NCBI GenBank assembly: GCA_028821115.1
Contig: JAPPHF010000144.1
Span: forward strand, 105 to 64,104
Length of the DNA: 64,000 nt
Direction of reading: 5' to 3'
Source: Deltaproteobacteria bacterium
GTDB taxonomy: Bacteria; Desulfobacterota; Binatia; UBA9968; JAJDTQ01
Shown one piece after another: positions 18,627 through 34,401 of the stretch (positions are counted from its first letter, which is position 1; each line of letters starts with the position of its first letter). Both the position numbers and the translations under genes were made by a program. The notes under the pieces are model-generated. The model did not search any database, was not told the origin of the DNA, and worked only from the letters and a program-made list of their open reading frames with translations.

Positions 18627-20261
18627 TCAGCTCTCTTTCCGGTTGATCATGTATTGCTGGACGATGCTCAGGATATTGTTCACGAACCAGTAGATCGTGA
18701 GTCCCGACGGGAAGCTTACGAAGATCACGGTGAAGATCAGCGGCATGAGCATCATCATGCGCCGCTGGTTGGCATCGCCGATGGCCGGCGACATCCACTG
18801 CTGGATGAACATGCTCGCCCCCATGAGCAGCACCAGCACGGGAACGCCCACGTCAAAACCGAAGGCCGAGAACGGCAGCGATTCCCAGTCCGGACGCGAC
18901 AGGTCCTTGATCCACAGGAAGCTCGCGTGACGGAGCTCGATGGGGGTCAGCAACGCGTTGTAGAAGCCGATGAAGAAGGGGAACTGGAGGAGCATGGGCA
19001 GACAACTTCCAAACGGATTCACCTTGTTCCGCTTGTAGAGGTCCATCATCTCCTTGTTCAGCCGCGCCTTGTCGTCGCCGAACTTGTCCTTGAGGCGCTG
19101 CATCTGCGGCTGCAGCTTCTGCATGCGCTTCATGGAGACGAAGCTCTTGTGCGTCAACGGCCACAGCAGCAGCTTGATGATGAGCGTCAGCAGGATGATG
19201 TCCAGACCGTAGTTCCCGGTGTAGGTCTGAAAGAAATGCAGCGCCTGCAGCATCGGCATCGAGATGAAGGCGAAGTAGCCGAAGTCGATGGATTCCTCGA
19301 GACCGCGGTCGAACGACTCGAGCAGGCTGAGCACCTTGGGGCCCATTAAGAGCCGGTAGCGCGCGCTGCGTTCCGTGCTCGACAGCACCCGGCCGCGCGT
19401 TTCCAGCACGAAGCCGCGGTCGCGTCCGGTGGCGGGCACCACCGCCGCGTCCGCCTCGACGCCGTCGGCGGGGATGAGAGCGGAAACAAAGTAAGTGTAG
19501 CCGAAGCCGGCCCATGAAAGCGGAGCGTTGAGATTGATTCGGGCCTCGATGTCGCCCGGCCACTCGCGGGTGATCTCCCCCTCCCGCAACGCGATGAGCC
19601 CCTCGAAGATTCCGTCGCCCTTGACGCCCTTGGCCTCGCCGCCCGTGGTGAGAAGCAGAACGGCGCCCTGCGCCGACCCGCCGATCGACACCGCCACCTC
19701 CACCGCGTAGCTGGAACCGTTGAAGGTGAACTCCTTGACCACCGGACGGCCCGAAGGCGTCGCGCCGACGAAGGTGATCCTGCCGTCGCCGCCCGCCTGG
19801 ATGTTCAGGTCCGTGCCCTGGACCTCATAGACGATCCCTCGATCGGTGCCGGAGGGCGTATCGTCGAGGCGCAGTCCCAAGGGATACTCCATCCCCGGTC
19901 CCGGGGAGGCCATTTCGATCAACGGGCTGTCCGCCGCCACGCTCGCGCGGTACCGCTTCAGGCGGAAGCTCTTGAGCCGGGCCCCCTGGTTGGTGAAACG
20001 CGCGATGTAGTCGGGTGTCTCCACCGTCACGTCCCGCACCGGCACCACCTGGGCTGGCTTGACGGCCTCGGGAGCGGGGGCCGGGGAGGGCGCCGGAGGC
20101 TTGGACGCCGCCACCGGCGGGGCGGCGGGCTGCCTTTCGGGCTTGGCGGCCGTCTCCTTCGGCGGCGGCTCCGCGGGCGGATAGAAGCGCCGCATGTACT
20201 CCTGGTAGAGGATGATGATGAGGATCGAGATGACGACCGCTATGAAGGCTCGCTTTTCCAT
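18627..20261 (-). CDS. yidC: Membrane protein insertase YidC
   Basis: 544 aa with an N-terminal TM, a large periplasmic domain and a conserved 5-TM C-terminal core. Sits in the rnpA-yidD-yidC-jag context. Confidence 0.92.
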   Translation of the reverse strand: MEKRAFIAVVISILIIILYQEYMRRFYPPAEPPPKETAAKPERQPAAPPVAASKPPAPSPAPAPEAVKPAQVVPVRDVTVETPDYIARFTNQGARLKSFRLKRYRASVAADSPLIEMASPGPGMEYPLGLRLDDTPSGTDRGIVYEVQGTDLNIQAGGDGRITFVGATPSGRPVVKEFTFNGSSYAVEVAVSIGGSAQGAVLLLTTGGEAKGVKGDGIFEGLIALREGEITREWPGDIEARINLNAPLSWAGFGYTYFVSALIPADGVEADAAVVPATGRDRGFVLETRGRVLSSTERSARYRLLMGPKVLSLLESFDRGLEESIDFGYFAFISMPMLQALHFFQTYTGNYGLDIILLTLIIKLLLWPLTHKSFVSMKRMQKLQPQMQRLKDKFGDDKARLNKEMMDLYKRNKVNPFGSCLPMLLQFPFFIGFYNALLTPIELRHASFLWIKDLSRPDWESLPFSAFGFDVGVPVLVLLMGASMFIQQWMSPAIGDANQRRMMMLMPLIFTVIFVSFPSGLTIYWFVNNILSIVQQYMINRKES

Positions 20262-20267
20262 GAATCC

Positions 20268-20489
20268 CTACGGAACCGGGTCGTAGCCCCCGTCGGTGAG
20301 CGGATTGCAGCGCAGGAGCCGCCAGACCCCCAGGCCCAGCCCCTTCAGGACACCGTGGCGGTGAACCGCCTGCAACGCGTAGGCGGAACACGTCGGATAG
20401 TACCGGCAGGTGCGCGGTAACAGCGGCGAAACGAACCGCTGGTAGGCCCTGATGGGGATTCGCACGGCGGTACGGGCGATGGTGTTCAT
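20268..20489 (-). CDS. yidD: Membrane protein insertion efficiency factor YidD
   Basis: 73 aa with YidD motifs ([11 protein letters not shown]). Confidence 0.9.
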   Translation of the reverse strand: MNTIARTAVRIPIRAYQRFVSPLLPRTCRYYPTCSAYALQAVHRHGVLKGLGLGVWRLLRCNPLTDGGYDPVP

Positions 20490-20493
20490 GGGA

Positions 20494-20868
20494 TCACCGG
20501 GACTGTGTGCCAGTATGGCGCTGGAGGCCGGGGCCGATCGCCTTGCGGAGCTCCGCGGTCATGGCCGAGTAACTCAACTCTCCCGCTCCTCTGCGGGCAA
20601 TGATGACCGTATCCTGGTCGGAACGAAAATTCTCCCGTCCGCGACGGAAGAACTCGCGCAACCCCCGCTTCACGCGATTGCGCACGACCGCGTTCCCCAC
20701 CTTGGAGCTGACCGTGACTCCCAGCCGTTTACCCAGATGGTCGTTGTCTCTGCGGATGATGATGAAGTGCGGCGTGTAGAACTTCCTGCCCTTTCGGGAC
20801 AGCAGCAGGAACTCGGAACGTCTCGTCAGGCGGGCTTCCCTGGGGAAACTCTCGCGGACACCGGACAA
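20494..20868 (-). CDS. rnpA: Ribonuclease P protein component
   Basis: 124 aa with the RNR motif region ([11 protein letters not shown]). Confidence 0.9.
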   Translation of the reverse strand: MSGVRESFPREARLTRRSEFLLLSRKGRKFYTPHFIIIRRDNDHLGKRLGVTVSSKVGNAVVRNRVKRGLREFFRRGRENFRSDQDTVIIARRGAGELSYSAMTAELRKAIGPGLQRHTGTQSR

Positions 20869-20878
20869 CGGCCCGTTC

Positions 20879-21040
20879 CTAGGTGCGAGGACCCTTCGGT
20901 GGGATGACGACGGTCAACCGCTTCCTTCCCTTGGCCCTCCGACGCTTCAGCACATTGCGACCGCCGGGGGTCTCCATTCGCGCGAAGAAACCGTGGGTTC
21001 TCTTGCGCCTAAGATTGCTCGGTTGATACGTCCGTTTCAT
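20879..21040 (-). CDS. rpmH: 50S ribosomal protein L34
   Basis: Not in the ORF track because it is under 60 aa. Reverse-complement translation gives [53 protein letters not shown], directly upstream of rnpA. Confidence 0.9.
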   Translation of the reverse strand: MKRTYQPSNLRRKRTHGFFARMETPGGRNVLKRRRAKGRKRLTVVIPPKGPRT

Positions 21041-21194
21041 TTCCGCACCCTCATTCTTCAGTCACATCTTTCAAGCATACGCGGGATGGCTTGTCAATTT
21101 GCCGAAGGCGCCGCGCGAACCCGGGGGAACACGCTTTGGTTTTGCCGACAAGAGCCGATGAAGAAGTCCAGAGGCGGGTTCAAGCCGCCCCGAC

Positions 21195-22190
21195 TCAGTC
21201 CGCCTCCGCTCTCTGGGTGCGCCCCATGAGGTCACGGACGGCCTGGGTCGGGGCCTTGTCCTCGTAGAGGACGCGGTACATCTGCTCCACGATGGGCATC
21301 TCGACGCCGTAACGTTGGGCCAGGAGGTGCACGGTGCGCGTGTTGCGGACGCCCTCGGCGACCATCCGGGTCCCCCCGACGATGTCCACGAGCCGGCGTC
21401 CCTGGCCGAGCTCGACGCCGACCTTACGGTTGCGGCTCAACTGGCCGGTGCAGGTGAGCACGAGATCGCCGAGGCCGGGGAGGCCGGCGAGGGTGACCGG
21501 ATCGGCGCCCATCTTGACCGCCAGACGGGTCATTTCGGCCAGTCCACGGGTGATGAGGGCGGCCCGGGCATTGTGTCCGAGCTCCAGCCCGTCGCTCACG
21601 CCCGCGGCGATGGCTATGACGTTCTTGATCACGCCACCCATCTGGACACCCACCACGTCCGTCGACGAGTAGACCCGGAACTCGCGGGAGCCGAGGCTCT
21701 CCTGCACCTCGTGCGCCACCCCGGGGTCGGCGCTCGCCACCGTGATGGCGGCGGGGCGCCCCTGCGCCACTTCCAGGGCGAAGGTCGGCCCTGACAGGAA
21801 GGCGTGCCGCCGCGGGTGGCCCACAACCTCCGCCAGAACGTCGCCCATGGTCATCAGGGTCGACTCCTCGATCCCCTTGGAGCCGCAGACGACGATGGTC
21901 TCGGGCGTCACGAACGGTGCCGCCTGGCCCATGACCTCACGCAGGAAGTGGGACGGGGTCACGCAGATGAGCAGGTCCCGGCCGGAGGCCGCGGTTTCCA
22001 GGGAAGGGGTGACCTGGAGCCGGTCGGGGAGCTTGACGGAGGGCAGGTAGATGGAGTTCTCGCCGCCCTCCTGGATCCGGGCGAGGGTTTCCGGGGAGTG
22101 GCACCACAGGACGACGTCCTCGTGCTTCCTGCACAGCAGCACCGCCAGGGCCGTGCCCCAGCCGCCCGCGCCTATGATGCCGATGGACAT
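21195..22190 (-). CDS. gpsA: NAD(P)H-dependent glycerol-3-phosphate dehydrogenase
   Basis: GxGxxG (IGIIGAGGWGTALA) and GpsA-family sequence. Confidence 0.9.
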   Translation of the reverse strand: MSIGIIGAGGWGTALAVLLCRKHEDVVLWCHSPETLARIQEGGENSIYLPSVKLPDRLQVTPSLETAASGRDLLICVTPSHFLREVMGQAAPFVTPETIVVCGSKGIEESTLMTMGDVLAEVVGHPRRHAFLSGPTFALEVAQGRPAAITVASADPGVAHEVQESLGSREFRVYSSTDVVGVQMGGVIKNVIAIAAGVSDGLELGHNARAALITRGLAEMTRLAVKMGADPVTLAGLPGLGDLVLTCTGQLSRNRKVGVELGQGRRLVDIVGGTRMVAEGVRNTRTVHLLAQRYGVEMPIVEQMYRVLYEDKAPTQAVRDLMGRTQRAEAD

Positions 22191-22241
22191 TCCGGGAATC
22201 CGGAGAAGTTAGGGGCCCGTCCGAGTCGTCAGGGCAGTTTC

Positions 22242-24710
<2,469 letters not shown>

Positions 24711-24740
24711 AATAGGGAATGCTACGATGTCGGCAGAGCA

Positions 24741-24838
24741 CGGCGTCCTTCGACTTCGCTCGACTCCGCCTCGCTACGCTCAGGACGAACGGTCAAACAG
24801 CTTTCGTCTCCGTTCGTCCTAAGCGTAGCCGAAAGACG
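24741..24838. repeat. Nested-palindromic intergenic repeat (MITE/REP-like), copy B, shorter variant
   Basis: Shares CCTTCGACTTCGC...CGCTACGCTCAGGACGAACGG...CCGTTCGTCCTAAGCGTAGC with copies A and D. Lies in the gyrB-gyrA intergenic. Confidence 0.75.
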
Positions 24839-24877
24839 CCAATTGATCGGAGTTTTCCCAAGAGGACGTGGCACTTA

Positions 24878-27379
<2,502 letters not shown>

Positions 27380-27416
27380 TCATGGAGCGCATTCGGTAGA
27401 ACACCGTGCATATCGA

Positions 27417-27446
27417 ATAATAGCATTTACCGGCCCTGAATGCCAA
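27417..27446 (-). promoter_or_regulatory. Candidate sigma70-type promoter for gyrB (TTGGCA-18 nt-TATTAT on the minus strand)
   Basis: Hexamers read directly from the sequence, about 70 nt upstream of the gyrB ATG. Confidence 0.3.
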
Positions 27447-27532
27447 CCGGACGGGGCTCGGACGGGTGGCCGTGGGCTCATTGGAAGGCAGCACAAGTTG
27501 GCTGTCGATTGGTTCGGCACGAGTGCGTGCGG

Positions 27533-27620
27533 CGGGGGGGGGGGGGGGGGGGGGCCCCGCCCGGGCGGGGGGGCGCGCCCCCCCCCCCCCCCGCGGGGGC
27601 CCCCCCCCCCCCCCCCCGCG
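27533..27620. repeat. Extreme G/C homopolymer tract (G~24, then C~14 and C~17 runs separated by short GC-only spacers)
   Basis: Seen directly: gcggcgggggggggggggggggggggggccccgcccgggcgggggggcgcgcccccccccccccgcgggggccccccccccccccccc. The G and C runs are mutually complementary. Confidence 0.9.
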
Positions 27621-27712
27621 AGGGTGAGTGGGGAGCCGGGCAGTGTTTGTCGCGGAAATCCCGCATCCATCGCGGGGAGTGGTGCCAGGAACTTGTCCGA
27701 GTAATCAAACAC

Positions 27713-27740
27713 AACCCCTCTCCCTTTGGGAAAGGGGGGC
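27713..27740 (-). terminator. Candidate intrinsic terminator of the MFS transporter gene (CCCTTT-GGG-AAAGGG hairpin followed by a T-rich run on the minus strand)
   Basis: Perfect 6-bp stem seen about 20 nt past the stop. Confidence 0.35.
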
Positions 27741-27758
27741 CAAAGGCCGGGTGAGGGC

Positions 27759-28958
27759 CTAGCGCGCGGGGCCGCCAGGGCGGGCTTCCGATACGAATAT
27801 GGCGATGTTGGCGGTTCCCAGCGCCAGCACGGCGGCCAGGGCCTGCCACGCGGTGGCGTAGGAGCCGGTGGCGTCGACAATGTAACCGAACGCGGGCGTG
27901 CCCACCACGGTGCCGACGGCGTTGATGGAGATCATCAGGCCGAGGGCCATCCCGGCCCTGGACTGACCGGCGATCTCGCTGATCAGGGAATAGGACACGC
28001 CCTGATAGCCGATCATGGTGAACCCGCCGAGGAAGGTCAGGGGAACCAGGATAAACGGCGACACCCCTTGGTCGAGGGCGCTCAACGCGGTGCACAGAAA
28101 CACGGATATCACACCGACGAGCACCAGCACGACCTTGCGCCGGCCGCCGTAGAGGCGGTCGCTGACCGTGCCCCAGCCGATGCGGCCGAAGACCGCTCCG
28201 CCCTGGGTGACGGACAGCCATTGGCTGGCGTGGACGGCGGAGAACGCCAGTCTCTCCTTGAGGAACAACGGCAGATAGGTGAGCAGCGACATCTGGCCGA
28301 TGAGCAACAGGGCGGTGCCGCAACTCAACGCCAGCACGCTCCTGATGCGCAGCGTCCCGCGTCCGGCGGCGCCGGAGCGGTCCCCGCCGGTCCCGTCGGC
28401 GTCGGCGGGCTCGCGCCAGAGGAACCAGAAGAGCAGGCCGAACAGCACGTTGACGACTCCGAAGCCCGTCAGCGTCGCGCGCCAGCCGAACAACGCCGCC
28501 AACGGCGCGCCCACCAGGGCCGTCACCACCCCGCCCGCGGGAACGCCGGTCTGCTTGATTCCCATGGCCGTGGCGCGGTGGCGCCGGAACCACATCAACA
28601 CGCCCTTGGTGGAAGCAGGGTTGAGAAAGCTGTAGCCCAGGCCGGTCAGGAGAAAGCAGGCGAAGGCCCAACCGAAGGACCCGGCCGACGAAGCGATGAT
28701 GACCGCCGTGCCCGCGCCCACGTGGCCTATGAGGGACGCGCGCCGCACCCCCAGCCGGTCGCTGAACCATCCGGCGGTGAACGAGAACCCGGCCATGCCG
28801 ATGTAGAAAGCGGTGAAGAACAGCCCCACTTGGGCCCGGGTGAGCCCCAACTCGTCCTGGTAGAACGGCGCGAAGGTATTGATGCCGTACTGCGCCGAGG
28901 CCCCGATGATGTGGGTAGCGGTGGTGAGGGCGAGAATCGCCAGGGGGAACGAAGCCAT
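27759..28958 (-). CDS. MFS transporter
   Basis: 12-TM MFS-like protein. The start was trimmed to MASFPLAIL, because the ORF extension runs into repeat copy C. Confidence 0.8.
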   Translation of the reverse strand: MASFPLAILALTTATHIIGASAQYGINTFAPFYQDELGLTRAQVGLFFTAFYIGMAGFSFTAGWFSDRLGVRRASLIGHVGAGTAVIIASSAGSFGWAFACFLLTGLGYSFLNPASTKGVLMWFRRHRATAMGIKQTGVPAGGVVTALVGAPLAALFGWRATLTGFGVVNVLFGLLFWFLWREPADADGTGGDRSGAAGRGTLRIRSVLALSCGTALLLIGQMSLLTYLPLFLKERLAFSAVHASQWLSVTQGGAVFGRIGWGTVSDRLYGGRRKVVLVLVGVISVFLCTALSALDQGVSPFILVPLTFLGGFTMIGYQGVSYSLISEIAGQSRAGMALGLMISINAVGTVVGTPAFGYIVDATGSYATAWQALAAVLALGTANIAIFVSEARPGGPAR

Positions 28959-29010
28959 GATGTTCCGGCGCCTCCCGAAGGACGTCGCAGGTTGCTGGAA
29001 AAGTCCGCCT

Positions 29011-29055
29011 GGCGCCATTCGCCCTGAGCGTAGCAAAGCGAAGTCGAAGGGCGCC
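29011..29055. repeat. Nested-palindromic intergenic repeat, copy C (right half only)
   Basis: TTCGCCCTGAGCGTAGCAAAGCGAAGTCGAAGGGCGCC matches the right arm of copy A. Confidence 0.7.
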
Positions 29056-29088
29056 AACCCGTGTCAGACGGAGTTTCTCAACAGCCTG

Positions 29089-29538
29089 CTAGCCGTCTGC
29101 TCCCAGCTCGGCGGCCGCCCTCAGCGCCAGAAGGTAGCTCTGGTGACCGAATCCCGCGATCTGCCCGACGACCACGTCCGAGATCAGGGAGGTTCGCCGG
29201 AACTCTTCGCGCTTGTGGATGTTGGAGAGATGCACTTCGATGGCCGGGACGCCGCTCGCGGACAGCGCGTCCCGCACAGCCACGCTCGTGTGGGTGTAGG
29301 CGCCGGCGTTGATGACGACGGCGCGAAAACCCTCCGCGCCGGCCTGCTGGATCCAGGTGACCAGCTCGCCTTCGTAATTGGACTGGCGCGCCTCCACGGC
29401 GACCCCTAGCTCCGCGGCGAGGGCTTCCAGGCGGGCGTCGATGTCCGCGAGCGTGTCGTGTCCGTAAATCTCGGGCTCCCGGGAGCCGAGCAGGTTCAGG
29501 TTCGGTCCGTGGAGGACCAGGATCTTGGTGTCACCAAT
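29089..29538 (-). CDS. aroQ: 3-dehydroquinate dehydratase, type II
   Basis: [21 protein letters not shown] ... HTSVAVRDA ... [14 protein letters not shown] motifs. No ATG/GTG/TTG precedes the conserved N-terminus in frame. An ATT start at 29536-29538 gives [13 protein letters not shown], the right length against MSELIVNVINGPN of known enzymes. The alternative GTG at 29600 overlaps aroB by 57 nt. Confidence 0.8.
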   Translation of the reverse strand: MGDTKILVLHGPNLNLLGSREPEIYGHDTLADIDARLEALAAELGVAVEARQSNYEGELVTWIQQAGAEGFRAVVINAGAYTHTSVAVRDALSASGVPAIEVHLSNIHKREEFRRTSLISDVVVGQIAGFGHQSYLLALRAAAELGADG

Positions 29539-29543
29539 CGAAA

Positions 29544-30644
29544 CTATCTCTTGGGGGCGGGCCTGGGGCGGGACGCCAGCTCCTGAACGATCTCGGTCGC
29601 GGAAAACCACTGAAAGCGGGTGCTGCCGATTCCTTCGCACAGCACGAACTTGATCTTGCCGGCATGGGATTTCTTGTCCAGGGCCATGCCCGCCACCAGG
29701 TCCTCCAGGGCGATGTCGTCCGGTATGCGCCACGGCAGGCCGGCCCGCCGCACCAGGGTCTCGATGCGCTCCAACTCGGCGGCGCTCAACAGGCCCTGCC
29801 CGGCGGACAGCGCGGCCGCCTGGATCATGCCGATGGCCACGGCCTCGCCGTGGAGAAACCGTTCGTAGCCGGTGAAGGCCTCCAGCGCGTGGCCGATGGT
29901 GTGGCCGAAGTTGAGGATGGCGCGGCGATCCTCCTCGCGCTCGTCCTGCTCCACCACCGCCGCCTTGATGCGGCAGGAGACCGCGACGGCTTCCTCGACC
30001 GCCGCCGCCTCCATGCGCGCCAGCGCGTCCATCTCCTCTTCGAGGAAGCCGAAGTAGCCGGCGTCCTGGATGACGGCGTGCTTGATCACCTCGGCCATTC
30101 CCGCGGCGAATTCACGTTCCGGCAACGTCCGCAGCGTCTTCATGTCGATGACCACCAGCCGGGGCTGATGGAAGGCGCCGATGAGGTTCTTGCCCTGATC
30201 GTGGTTGACCGCGGTCTTCCCGCCGACGCTGGCGTCCACCTGCGCCAGCAGGGTCGTGGGGATCTGGACATAGCCGACGCCGCGCAGGAACGTTGCCGCG
30301 GCGAACCCGGTGATGTCGCCGATGACCCCGCCGCCCAGGGCGATGAGCGTGGCGCTGCGGTCGAAGCGGTGTTCCACCAGGGCGTCGTAGATCGACCCCA
30401 GGGACGCCGTGTTCTTGTGCGCCTCGCCCTCCGGGATCAACACCAGCGCGGTCTCGTACCCCGCCTCCCGGAGGGACTCCCGGAGTTCCTCCGCGTAAAG
30501 GTCGGCCACCGGCGGGTTCGACACGATGCCCACGCGGCCGCCGATGCCCTGGGCCTTCATGAGTTCGCCCACCCGGGAAAGGAGTCCCTCGCCCAGTTCG
30601 ATGGGGTACGAGCGCTGTCCCAGATTGACGGTTACGGTCTGCAT
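29544..30644 (-). CDS. aroB: 3-dehydroquinate synthase
   Basis: 366-aa AroB sequence with a GGGxxxD NAD-binding region. Confidence 0.9.
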   Translation of the reverse strand: MQTVTVNLGQRSYPIELGEGLLSRVGELMKAQGIGGRVGIVSNPPVADLYAEELRESLREAGYETALVLIPEGEAHKNTASLGSIYDALVEHRFDRSATLIALGGGVIGDITGFAAATFLRGVGYVQIPTTLLAQVDASVGGKTAVNHDQGKNLIGAFHQPRLVVIDMKTLRTLPEREFAAGMAEVIKHAVIQDAGYFGFLEEEMDALARMEAAAVEEAVAVSCRIKAAVVEQDEREEDRRAILNFGHTIGHALEAFTGYERFLHGEAVAIGMIQAAALSAGQGLLSAAELERIETLVRRAGLPWRIPDDIALEDLVAGMALDKKSHAGKIKFVLCEGIGSTRFQWFSATEIVQELASRPRPAPKR

Positions 30645-31147
30645 AGCTGCTCTTCGATCCGCCGCACCACCTGGTCCACCGTCAGCTCGTCGGTGTCTAC
30701 GGTGACGCCGGCCTCGGCGTAGATGGCTTCCCGCTGCGCCGAAAGCTCCTCGATCCGCTTGAGCCTGTCGGGTCCCCGCAGCAACGGGCGGTCGTCGGTC
30801 TCTCCCACGCGGCCGAGGACGGTCCGCGGCGACACCCTTAGCCAGACCAGGAGACTGTGCTGTTTCAACAGCCTCCGGCTGTCGCCGTCCACCACGGCCC
30901 CTCCGCCCAACGCGATCACCTGCGTAGACCCTTCCAGGACCCGTGCGAGGGCCGCCTTCTCACGCTCCCTGAAGTATGGTTCCCCGTGGCTGGCGAAGAT
31001 CTCCCGGACGGCGCATCCCTCGGCGGCCTCGATGACGTCGTCCAGATCCACGAACGACCAGTTCAAGGAACGCGCCAGCCTCCGGCCCACCACGGTCTTG
31101 CCGGCGGCCATGAAACCGGTCAGAGCGATATTCTCGTAATCGGTAAT
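30632..31147 (-). CDS. aroK: Shikimate kinase
   Basis: The annotated ATG at 31111 would start the protein at MAAGKT, inside the P-loop. The conserved N-terminus ITDYENIALTGFMAAGKT is encoded in frame upstream, beginning at ATT 31145-31147. That ATT is preceded by GAGG 8 nt upstream and directly follows the aroC TGA. Confidence 0.8.
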   Translation of the reverse strand: MTDYENIALTGFMAAGKTVVGRRLARSLNWSFVDLDDVIEAAEGCAVREIFASHGEPYFREREKAALARVLEGSTQVIALGGGAVVDGDSRRLLKQHSLLVWLRVSPRTVLGRVGETDDRPLLRGPDRLKRIEELSAQREAIYAEAGVTVDTDELTVDQVVRRIEEQLCRP

Positions 31148-31156
31148 GACGTGGCC

Positions 31157-32353
31157 TCAGAGGCTCTTGATCTGGTCCAGGTAGCCGTCGTAGTTGCGGC
31201 TGATTTCCGCCAGCGAGTCGCCGCCGAACTTCTCCAGGAACGCTCGCGCCAGTTCGAAGGACACGATGGCCTCGCCGATGACGGCCGCGGCCGGCGCCGA
31301 GCAGACGTCGGAGCGCTCCACCGAGGCGTCCTCGGGCTGCTTGGTGTCGAGATTCACCGACTGGAGCGGGCTCATGAGGGTCGAGATCGGCTTCATCGCC
31401 ACCCGCACCACCAGCGGCGCGCCCGTGGTCATGCCACCTTCCAGCCCGCCCGAGTTGTTGCTGCCGCGGTAGAAGTCCGTAGGCTGCATCCGCGGCTTGG
31501 TCTCGGAGATCATGTGCTGGGGGTCGAAGAATATCTCGTCGTGCACCTCGGACCCGCGCCGCATGGCCATGTCGAAGCCGCGGCCGATCTCCACTCCCTT
31601 CATGGCCTGGATGCTCATGAGGCTCTGGGCTAGGCGGCCGTCGAGCTTCCGGTCATAGTGGACATGGCTTCCCAGGCCCGGCGGGACGCCGGTGGCCACC
31701 ACCTCGAAGACCCCGCCCAAGGTGTTGCCTTCCTTCTTGCACTCGTCGATGAGGGCGATGGCCTTCTTCTCGGCGTCCGGGTCGGCCATGCGCACCGGGG
31801 AGTTCTCAGCCAGCTCGTAGATCTCGTCGTAGCTCTTCCCGTCCACGTCCGCCTCGATGCCGCCCAGGGAGCGCAGGTAGCCCCGCACCTTGACCGAGAA
31901 CGGCTCGATGAGCTGCTTGCAGAAGGACCCTACCGCGACCCGTGAGACGGTCTCGCGGGCGCTGGCGCGCTCGAGGATGTTGCGGATGTCCGAGTGGCCG
32001 TACTTGAGGATGCCGGTGAGGTCCGCGTGGCCCGGACGCGGCTTCTTGACCGGGATCGCCTGGCCCTCGTCCTCCGCGTACGGCGACATTTTCTTGGTCC
32101 AATTCTTCCAGTCGCGGTTGTCGATGCCGAAGGTGACCGGCGAGCCGATGGTCTTCCCCCACCGCAACCCGGACCGCACCTGCACTTCGTCCTTCTCGAT
32201 CAGCATCCGGCCGCCCCGGCCGTAGCCCTGCTGCCGCCGCCAGAGATCGTGGTTGACCTTCTCGATGTCAATGTCGAACCCCGCCGGCACCCCCTCGATG
32301 ATGGTCGTGAGGCACGGGCCGTGGGACTCTCCTGCAGTGAAATAGCGCAACAT
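31157..32353 (-). CDS. aroC: Chorismate synthase
   Basis: Start trimmed to MLRYFTAGESHGPCLTTIIEGVPAG. Chorismate synthase motifs throughout. Confidence 0.92.
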   Translation of the reverse strand: MLRYFTAGESHGPCLTTIIEGVPAGFDIDIEKVNHDLWRRQQGYGRGGRMLIEKDEVQVRSGLRWGKTIGSPVTFGIDNRDWKNWTKKMSPYAEDEGQAIPVKKPRPGHADLTGILKYGHSDIRNILERASARETVSRVAVGSFCKQLIEPFSVKVRGYLRSLGGIEADVDGKSYDEIYELAENSPVRMADPDAEKKAIALIDECKKEGNTLGGVFEVVATGVPPGLGSHVHYDRKLDGRLAQSLMSIQAMKGVEIGRGFDMAMRRGSEVHDEIFFDPQHMISETKPRMQPTDFYRGSNNSGGLEGGMTTGAPLVVRVAMKPISTLMSPLQSVNLDTKQPEDASVERSDVCSAPAAAVIGEAIVSFELARAFLEKFGGDSLAEISRNYDGYLDQIKSL

Positions 32354-32472
32354 GTTCCACATCTTAGCCCAAATCCCCGGCCCCGGCCAGCGCGCGAATC
32401 CGTCGTCCCCGCGAAGCACGCTGTGTCGATGCTGCGATCGGATACGGAATGGCAGGGAGGCCCCGTATCGTC

Positions 32473-32492
32473 ATTCCGGCGAAAGCCGGAAT
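32473..32492. terminator. 8-bp stem / 4-nt loop hairpin (ATTCCGGC-GAAA-GCCGGAAT) downstream of atpC
   Basis: Perfect hairpin seen directly. It is the sister of the hairpin at 12519..12538. Confidence 0.35.
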
Positions 32493-32523
32493 CCAGGGGC
32501 GGCAGGTAGCGGACCGGTCGGCG

Positions 32524-32928
32524 CTACTCGGCGGTTTCGAGCCTCAGGAGCGCGCGTTTCAGGGCGGCTTCCGCCGCCACCAGCGCCTGGTCGTCGGCGT
32601 TGTCGCGGTCCTCGAGGGTGCGCTCGGCGCGGGCACGGGCGTTCTCGGCGCGGGCGGTGTCGATCTCGTTGGGGAACTCGGCGGCGTCGGCCAGCACGGT
32701 GACGACGTTGTCCAGCACCTCCGCGTAGCCGCCGGTAAGGGTGATGACCGAGTTGGCGCCGGACGTCTTGTAGCTGAGCTGTCCGATGTCGAGGGTGGTC
32801 ATCAGCGCGGCGTGGTCGGGCAGGATACCGAGCTGGCCCAGGGGACCGGGCGCGGTCAGCTCGTCCACCTGCTCCTCTAGCACCAGACGGACCGGAGTGA
32901 CGACTCTCAGTGAAATGCTGTCGGCCAT
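32524..32928 (-). CDS. atpC: F1Fo ATP synthase subunit epsilon
   Basis: 134-aa AtpC-like sequence with a beta-sandwich N-terminus, downstream of atpD. Confidence 0.85.
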   Translation of the reverse strand: MADSISLRVVTPVRLVLEEQVDELTAPGPLGQLGILPDHAALMTTLDIGQLSYKTSGANSVITLTGGYAEVLDNVVTVLADAAEFPNEIDTARAENARARAERTLEDRDNADDQALVAAEAALKRALLRLETAE

Positions 32929-32964
32929 GACCTGCTCCGCTTGGAACCTACTCCGCTTGGAACC

Positions 32965-34401
<1,437 letters not shown>

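Noticed and set aside
21041-21194. oriC / DnaA boxes upstream of rpmH
   Set aside because: No TTATCCACA-like boxes or AT-rich DUE seen. gpsA rather than dnaA is the neighbour.
31145-31160. aroC-aroK fusion by TGA readthrough or TGA recoding
   Set aside because: It is possible because the frames coincide. Genome-wide TGA reassignment is implausible here, since every other gene ends cleanly at TGA/TAA/TAG. An AUU start with a GAGG Shine-Dalgarno is the simpler explanation. Kept only as an alternative in the finding.
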